Position numbers and translations under genes: made by a program. Positions 50,032 to 64,000 of a stretch of DNA of 64,000 nt are shown in pieces. The notes beneath the pieces were generated by a model. The model ran no database searches. It saw only the letters and a list, made by a program, of their open reading frames with translations, and was not told where the DNA came from. The stretch is from the human T2T-CHM13v2.0 reference genome, Homo sapiens: assembly GCF_009914755.1 (NCBI RefSeq), contig NC_060943.1, one strand, 5' to 3'. Each line of letters starts with the position of its first letter. The stretch's first letter is position 1.

Positions 50032-52549
50032 TGAAGATTCTGATGGGGGTGGAGGTGTCATCCCTTGCACTTGCTCCCAAGACCTCCTAGAGTCAGACGT
50101 GTCCCCCATGCAGAGTCAAATGCTAGGTCTCTATCTCTCAGTGTCTCTGTCTGTTTCATTCTGACTCTCACCATCTTTTCTTTCCCATCTCTGTCTCTCT
50201 CTCAATATCTGTCTTGCTTACTGTCTCTGTCTCTGTCTCTCAGTCTTATTGCCTCTGTACTTCTGTCTCTTTCTCCCTGTCTCTGTCTCCCTCTGCCTCT
50301 GATTCTCTCACTATCTCTCTTGGCTACCATCTCTCTGTCTCTTTGGGTCCCTGACTCTCTCACCATCTCTGCCTCCTGCCCTGGCCCGGCCAGCTGGGGG
50401 ACAAGGGGTGACAAGCAGTCAGGGCGCCCGCTGCTTGTTTTCCCACCCACGCTGGCAGGGAGCCCAGCCCAGCCGGGCCACTGTTCAGGAATCCTCCAGC
50501 CTCCCCGCTCCAGCCACCAGGCGCGGCCACCGCCAGCCTCTCCTCCCAGCACATTCTGTCCCAAGCAAAGAGCGCCAGAGATGGGGTGGGGGTGGGGGTG
50601 GGAGGGGGACGCATTCCTGCTGAGCTCCAGTTACAGGACAGCTTGTCCTGGTGGCCCCACCAGCACAACCTCCTGATGGCTCCCCATCCTGCTGTGGGGT
50701 TAGACCTTCCTGAATGAAGCCAAAGCCCCTCTGCCAGTTCGTGCCCACCTCAGGGCCTTTGCACCAGCCATACCTTCCACCTGGCACTCTGTCTCCCTAG
50801 ATCTCCCCAAGACCTCCTCCGCCTGCACATCTGAGACCTCACATCACCTTCTCAGCAAGTCCCCTCTGTCCCTAGGCCCGGGCACCCCAAATTCCCCTCC
50901 TGCTGCCCCAGTGCATTTAATTTCCTGGTCCTCCCCATGTCCCTGGGGTTACATATTCACTTGTTTGTTGATGTGGTGTCTATTACACCAGGTCCCCACT
51001 GTGTCCCAGCACCCTGAACACACAGTAGGTGGCTTAGTGAAGGTTTTTACAATTGACATCTATTCCTCCCAAAGCTCAGCCCGCCCAGGCTCATCCATGT
51101 GGATCCACAGTTCTGACCACCCCACCTCTGCCTCACCCTGCCTCCGCCACCCCTGCACCCTAATGCAGCAGGATTTCCCAAGCCCCCCTGCCTTGGCCCA
51201 GGGAGTTATCTCCACCAGATCCACCTTTCTGAGCGAGGAGCTGGGTGCATTGAGGGGCAGGGGCGGCTGGAGTTCAGATGCACCTTTTGAGCGAGGGGCT
51301 GGGCCTCTCTGTCGCTGGGCTCCAGGCACAGGGCAGTCATGATGTACACACACACGTGCAAACACACACGCACACACATAAGCCTGTCAGCAACATAGAA
51401 ACACCAGCCAGTGAACTCGGGCACAAGCAGCCGGGCACAGAGTGTTCACCAGGTGCTCACATGTGGAGTACCCCAACTCCTAGGAGGATGCGGTTATGGC
51501 CTGGATCCTACAGGTGGGGCCCAGACATGGGCTTTGAACCCACGCCAGGGTATGCACAAACCTATCCAAACACACGCGTGTCTGCCCTAGCTTCCCTCAC
51601 CCGGGAGTCACCCCCCCACCCCCCACCTTGTTTTTGATGTTCAGGAAAGTCCCCAGAAAGCACTGGGCCCGGGCAAGGGGCCAGGAGGAAATGGTGACTC
51701 AGCCGGTGGCCATCAGTGCCTGCCACGCTGGGCTGGGTGGACTGCGCGGCCCGATCTGGGAGGATCCACAGAAAACAACAATAAAAGATGAGGGCGTGGG
51801 TGCGGGGTAAAAAGGACTCAGCCCAAGAATGATCAGAGAGGGGATGGATCCCCCTGTGCTCCAACACTTCAACCCTGCTGGGCCTGATTGACAAGTGGGG
51901 AAACTGAGACACAGGGAACAAGTGACTTCGCCAAGGCCCACCAGCCAAGATGGTACAGGCAAGGGGATCCCTAAGTCCTTAACACAGGGGTCTGGAGGAA
52001 TGTCTACCTGCCCTGCCCTTTTTTTTTTTTTTTTTTTTGGAGACAGGGTCTCACTCTGTCCGTCAGGCTGGAATGCAGTGGCATGATCTCAGCTGACTGC
52101 AATCTCCGCCTCCTGCCTCAGCCTCCCAAGTAGCTGGGATTACCGGCGCCTGTCCCTATGCCCAGGTAATTTTTGTATTTTTAGTAGAGATGGGGTTTCA
52201 CCATGTTGGCCAGGCTGGTCTCAAACTCCTGACCTCAGGTGATCTGCCCACCTCGGCCTGCCAAAGTGCTGGGATTACAGGCGTGAGCCACAGTGCCCGG
52301 CTCCCTGCCCCACTTTCTGAGACCCAGATCCACTTCCTGGTTTCCTGTGTGGTCATGTGACCACACTTGGCCAATTGGAGCCTTTTGTTATCACAGGCAC
52401 AGGGATTGGGTCAGGGCTGGGCACGTGATCCTGCCTGAGCCAATCATGCTACGAGTTTGGAGACTCCCTGGAAGAAGGCCTAGAAGTAAGGAAAACCATC
52501 TTGGACGCATGATGATGGCAGTGGATCAGAGTCCCAAGGACACTGGTGA

Positions 52550-53112
<563 letters not shown>

Positions 53113-54787
53113 TGACTATTTATTTATTTTTTTAGATGGAGTCTCACTCTATTGCCCAGGCTAGAGTGCAGTGGCACGATCTTGGCTCACTGCATCCTCC
53201 GCCTCCCAGGTTCAAGTGATTCTTCTGCCTCAGCCTCCTGAGTAGCTGGGATTAAAGGTGCCTGCCACCACGCCCGGCTAATTTTTGTATTTTAATAGAG
53301 ACGGGGTTTCACCATGTTGGCCACGCTGGTCTTGAACTCCTGACCTCAAGTGAGCTGCCCGCCTCAGCCTCCCAAAGTGCTGGGATTACAGACGTGAGCC
53401 ACCGTGCCCGGTTTAAATGTGTTTATTTGTCTCTGTGCTCAATTCTCCCACCTACAAGCCCCCTAAGGGCAGGACCGGGTTTGCTTTGTTGGTGGCCAGC
53501 AGTTGTCCATTAATGTTTGTGATACAGGTGAACCAGGCCACGTGAAGCCTTGAACCGGGGCTGAGAGCCAGCGCTTTCTTTTGGGGACACAAAACAGGCA
53601 GGATGGGCAGGGGGTGGTGAATAGAAAAGATTGGGTACATAAGGCAGAAGAGCCTGGGGCTTTATAGGGGTGGCCCCTGAAGCCTGTGACCCAGGAGGGA
53701 CCAGGCCCAGGCCACAGTCCAGGCAGGAGAGGGCGTGTCCCCATCTGTGAACCCCCACCCCCAGACCCTGGCCATGGTGCTTAGGAGGGAGGCAGCATGG
53801 AGCTTCGGGTCTGGGCTCTGGGACCACCTCTTCCTCCCTGTGTGACCGTGGGCAAACGACAGCACCCCTCTGAGCCTCAGTTTCCTCATCTGGAGCTTGA
53901 CTTCACTGTACGTCAGTGTCAGGACTGGGCACAGAGTGGGTGCAGCGTCTGTGGGGCAGCATGGGGGTGCTGAGGCAGTGGGTGAGGGGTAGGCTCGTCT
54001 GGAACATGCCGTTAGCAGTTCCCAGCCTCTTTGAAAACAGGAAACCGGCTCTCATGGGAGCCCCCAGCTGTGCTTCCTGAGTCTCCGCGTGACGTGCGCG
54101 TGCTGGGGCAGTGTGGGCAGGCATGTGTGTGTTTGCGTGTTTGCAGGCGGCCTGGAATATAGGTGGATCCGCCTGCGTGTGCATATGTGTGTGTGTGTGT
54201 GTGTGTGTCGGGCCGCACGTGGCATTGCCCAGAGGCATGTACACACACAACCGTTACCTGTGCTCGCATGTGGAGCTATGGATCTCAGCCAGTGTGGGAA
54301 GCAGACAGTGGGTTGGTTGGGGCACTTTTGAGTCTGGGTCTAAGTGTTAAGTCTGTGTGTCCGTCAGCAGAGGTGACTGGTGTGTGCTGGGACTGACTTG
54401 GGCCGGCAGAGCCTGTATCGTGGCCCTAAGGCCTCCGAAACCCCAGGTCAGCCCTGATTCAGCTGCTGATGTTGGCTTTATTTATTTATTTATTTTGAGA
54501 CAGGGTATTGCTGTGTTGTCCAGGCTGGAGTGCAGTGGTGCCCTGTTAGCCCACTGTGGTCTCGACCTCCTAGGCTCAAGCTATCCTTCCACCTCATCCT
54601 CCTGAGTAGCTGGGACAACAGACACACACCACCACACCCAGCTAATTTTTGTATTTTTTGTAGACATGGAATCTTACTACGTTGCCCAGGCTGGTCTCCA
54701 ACTCCTGAACTCAAGCGATCGGCCTGTCTCAGGCTCCAAAAGCACTGAGATTACAGACATGAGCAGTGGCCACTTTTTTTTTTTTGA

Positions 54788-55208
<421 letters not shown>

Positions 55209-55421
55209 TGAGCCACCATGCCTGTAATTTTATTTTTTTTATTATTTTTATTTTTGTAGAGAAACATAGGTTTCCCTATGTTTCCAGGGCTGATCTCAAA
55301 ATGAGATCCTCCTGCCTCGGCTTCCCAAAGTACTGGGATTATAGGAGTGAGCCACCATGCCTGGTCTACAACAGGTTCATTGTCACCTCAGGGCCTTTTA
55401 TTTTTTTTTTCTTTTTTTTGA

Positions 55422-55580
<159 letters not shown>

Positions 55581-55899
55581 TAGTAGAGATGGTTGTTCTC
55601 CATGTTGGTCAGGCTGGTCTCGAACTCCTGACCTCAGGTGATCTGCCCGCCTCGGCCTCCCAAAGTGCTGGGATTACAGGTGTGAGCCACCACGCCCGGC
55701 ACCTCAGGGCCTTTCTACGTGTTGTTCTTTCTGCCCAGATAGCTCTTCCTCTCGCTCATTACAAAGCCTGCACGTTCTCTTCCTGAAGATGTCAGTTTAA
55801 GCATCCACTCCTTAGAGACCTTTCCACCTCTTCTTGTTTCTTGTTTTTTTGTTTTAATTTTTTGACAAGAGTCTTGCAGGCTGGAGTGCAGTGGCGTGA

Positions 55900-56277
<378 letters not shown>

Positions 56278-56684
56278 TGATCTGCCCGCCTCGGTCTCCC
56301 AAAGTGCTGGGATTACAGGCGTGAGCCACCGCGCCCAGCCTAATTTTTGTGTTTTTAGTAGAGACGGGGTTTCAACATGTTGGCCAGGCTGGTCTTGAAC
56401 TCCTGACCTCCAGTGATCCACCCACCTCAGCCTCCCAAAGTGCTAGGATTACAGGTGTGAACCACTGTGCTTGGCTCCTTTCACCTCTTTCACAAAAGCT
56501 GCCCTATTCTCCCTCTCAGTTCCTTCCAATTCCTTGCTTTGCCTTTCTCACAGTTTGTGATTACAATGTATTGACAGGTTCACGGCCTGTCTTCCACCTC
56601 CCCTCGGTACTGGGAGCTCCAAGAGGGCGGGTCATAGCATGCAGTAGGTGCTCAATAAATTTACTGGCTGGGTGTGGTGGCTCA

Positions 56685-57048
<364 letters not shown>

Positions 57049-58135
57049 TCAGTAGCTGCTCAATTAGTGTATGATGGATTAATGAAGCTCAGAGTAAGAC
57101 CTTGACCCACTGGTCCTGGACTCCTAAAGAGGAGTCTTCTGGCCTCATCCCTAGCCTCCTGGCCCCAGATCACACTGTGTGAGCAGCCCCTGGAGCCTGC
57201 TTGGCAGGGGAGGAACAGAAGTCCCTGCTCAGTTATTTGCACACTGGCTTCTCCCACGAAGTCCTAACATCGCAACTTCAAGTGCCCTTTCCTTTCAGAC
57301 CCCAGGCCTGGAAAGGTCTTTATTTTGGCCACCTCAGCCCATTGCATGGAAGGGATATCCAAGGTCAGAAGCAATCCCGTCCCTGTGTCCAGGTTGAGCA
57401 TGTCCCTCCTCTGCTCACACACCCTCCGTGGCTCCCTATTACCCTCAGGAGAAAGTCCAGCTCCTCAGCTCAGCAGTCACAGTCCAGCCTGAGTGTGGCA
57501 AGATCATTTTTCCTTTGTCTAATTCTCAGTCACTCTTTGGGTCTCATCTTGGTTATGTTTCCCAGTATTGACCATTGACACAGTCCCAGGACACACTAAC
57601 TGCTGTCAGAAACCAAATGTTCATTGCATTAATCTTGTCAGAACATCAGGCTGAATACGACTTTTATTGTTGTTGTTAAGAGACTGTGTCTGGCTCTTTC
57701 ACCCAGGCTGGAGTACAGTGGTGCAATCATGGTTCACTGCAGCCTCAACCTCCGGGCTCAAGCGATCCTCCCACCTTAGCCTCCCGAGTAGCTGGGACTA
57801 CGCACACTACCACACTCAGCTAATTTATTTATTTTTTATAGAGATGAGGTCTCACTCTGTCGCCCAAGTTGGAGTGCAGTGGTACAGTCATGGCTCACGC
57901 AGCCTCGACCTCTGGGCTCATGCGATCCTCCTACCTCAGTCTCCTGAGTAGCTGGGACTACAGGCACACAGCACCACACCTGGCTAAGTTTTTTTTTTTT
58001 TAATTTTTTGTAGAGACAGGTCTCACCATGTTGACCAGCCTGGTCTCGAACTCCTGGACTCAAACGATTCCTCCCCACTCTGCCTCCCAACGTGTTGGAT
58101 TACAGGCATGAGCCGCCACGCCCATTAGGATATGA

Positions 58136-58437
<302 letters not shown>

Positions 58438-59053
58438 TGACTTTTACAGAGTAAAAAGACTCACAGTTTGCATTGCATGTGACCACTGTGGACCATTGAC
58501 TATTAACAGAGTATTAAATTCAATATAAAGAACAGTGACTGCCCAAGAGCTTAGATCAGGAATAGGCAAACATTTTCTATAAAGGGCCAGATAGGAAATA
58601 TTTGAAGCTTTGCCGGCTACACAGTCTCTTTTGCAATTACTCTACGCTGCGGCTGTTTGAAAGCATTCATATACACAAATAAGTGAGCATGGCTGTATCC
58701 CAGGAAAACTTTGTTCATGGACACTCAAGTGTGAATTTCATGTAATTTTCACATGTCATCAAATAGTCTTCCTCTGGTAGTTTTTCAGTCATTTTAAAAT
58801 GTAGGCCAGGTATGGTGGTTCTTGCCTGTAATCCCAGTGCTTGGGGAAGCTGAAGTGAGAGGACCGTTTGAGGCCAGGAGTTCAAGACCAGCCTGGGCAA
58901 CATAGGGAGACCCCCTCCTCCATCCTTACAAAAAGTTTTAAAAATTAGCTGGGATGCCTGTAGTCTCAGCTATTCAGTAGGCTGAGGTGGGAGGATCACT
59001 TAAGCCTGGGAGTTCGAAGCTGCAGTGAGCTATGATCCCGCCACTGCATTCTA

Positions 59054-59746
<693 letters not shown>

Positions 59747-60397
59747 TTACAGAGTATCAGAACTTTGTTTAAAGTTACCAGCTGATAAAATATGAGGACA
59801 GGTTTATGGCTAACAGGGTTTCATCATTGACAGATAGCAAGTATCAGGATTAGTCTTTTTTCACAAAGTATCAGAACACAGCAAGCTCTGATGGCTAATC
59901 AGGTGTCAGAACCTGGGTTTAAGTCCAACCCTGCCTTGGGGCCCACGGCACCGCGGTAACCACCAACTACTGTCCACTCTCAGGATACTGTTTACTAAGT
60001 ATCGAGTGACAGGCTGATGGCAAAGTATCGGGTCATGGATGTCACACTGTGAGTTGGGCACTGTGACAGCGTCTCTAGATGCCAGCTGTTTACAGTGACA
60101 GGAGACTGGCTGTTTACAGGGGATGAGTCAGCCCCACTTCCAGATACCCAAGTCCAGATGGCGGGTAGGATTGGCACCTCTCCAGGTGTTTACAGGGTAC
60201 TGAGGTCCTGGCAAGCTGGGCTTCTCTCCTGCGGCCACCTCTAGCCAGGGTGGGGAATGAGTCCCCTGAAGGCTGTGGGACCCATGATCCTGGTTAGATT
60301 CTCCTTCTGCTTGTCCCTGGCTGTGCTGCCTCAGGCACATTACTTAACCTTTCTGGGCCTCTGCCACCTCATCTGTAAAATGGGCATGATGGTGAAG

Positions 60398-60530
60398 CCA
60401 GGTTGCCAGATAAAATATAGGCTACTCAGCTAAATGTGAAGTTCAGATCAATATTGAATTTGGTTTTACTGTAAGTATATCCCATGCAACATTTGGGATA
60501 TACTTATACTAAAAAAAAATTATTCATTGA
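60398..60530 (+). mobile_element. MER33-like DNA transposon 5' part
   Basis: ggttgccagataaaata...gcaacatttgggatatacttatactaaaaaa. Confidence 0.7.
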
Positions 60531-63999
<3,469 letters not shown>

Positions 64000-64000
64000 T

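Noticed and set aside
50065-50676. 203-aa Leu/Ser-rich hydrophobic ORF
   Set aside because: Arises from the low-complexity (CT)n tract and has a non-ATG start
54100-54250. (GT)n / alternating purine-pyrimidine tract, also (CA)n at ~51345-51380
   Set aside because: Common microsatellites; Z-DNA potential only, nothing distinctive
59935-59985. Weak resemblance to the reverse 5S rRNA 3' end or an RE1/REST site (gcccacggcaccgcggtaacc)
   Set aside because: Too many mismatches, and the similarity does not extend

Overview
Human-type (hominoid; a full SVA is present), GC- and Alu-rich genomic DNA matching the KCNN1-ARRDC2 locus (19p13.11 from recall). The + strand carries all nine coding exons of KCNN1 (SK1/KCa2.1; 1632 nt spliced CDS = 543 aa, including a 9-nt AQK microexon). 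It also carries the complete ARRDC2 gene with two alternative, mutually homologous first coding exons (407 aa and 402 aa), and a full-length processed citrate synthase pseudogene with TSDs. Most ORF-track entries are Alu/SVA artefacts. Best candidate for something undescribed: two in-frame cassette exons (9 nt 'ENM' and 66 nt) in a CpG-rich patch of the KCNN1 intron between S5 and the pore, the toxin-binding turret. Also notable: a uORF one base short of being an N-terminal extension of KCNN1, an extended heat-shock-element-like array, a duplicated ~40-bp minisatellite flanking the first coding exon, a forkhead/SIX motif cluster, divergent CTCF sites, and a tailless 5S retrocopy inside an Alu. 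All regulatory and splicing calls are sequence-based predictions, not demonstrated activity.
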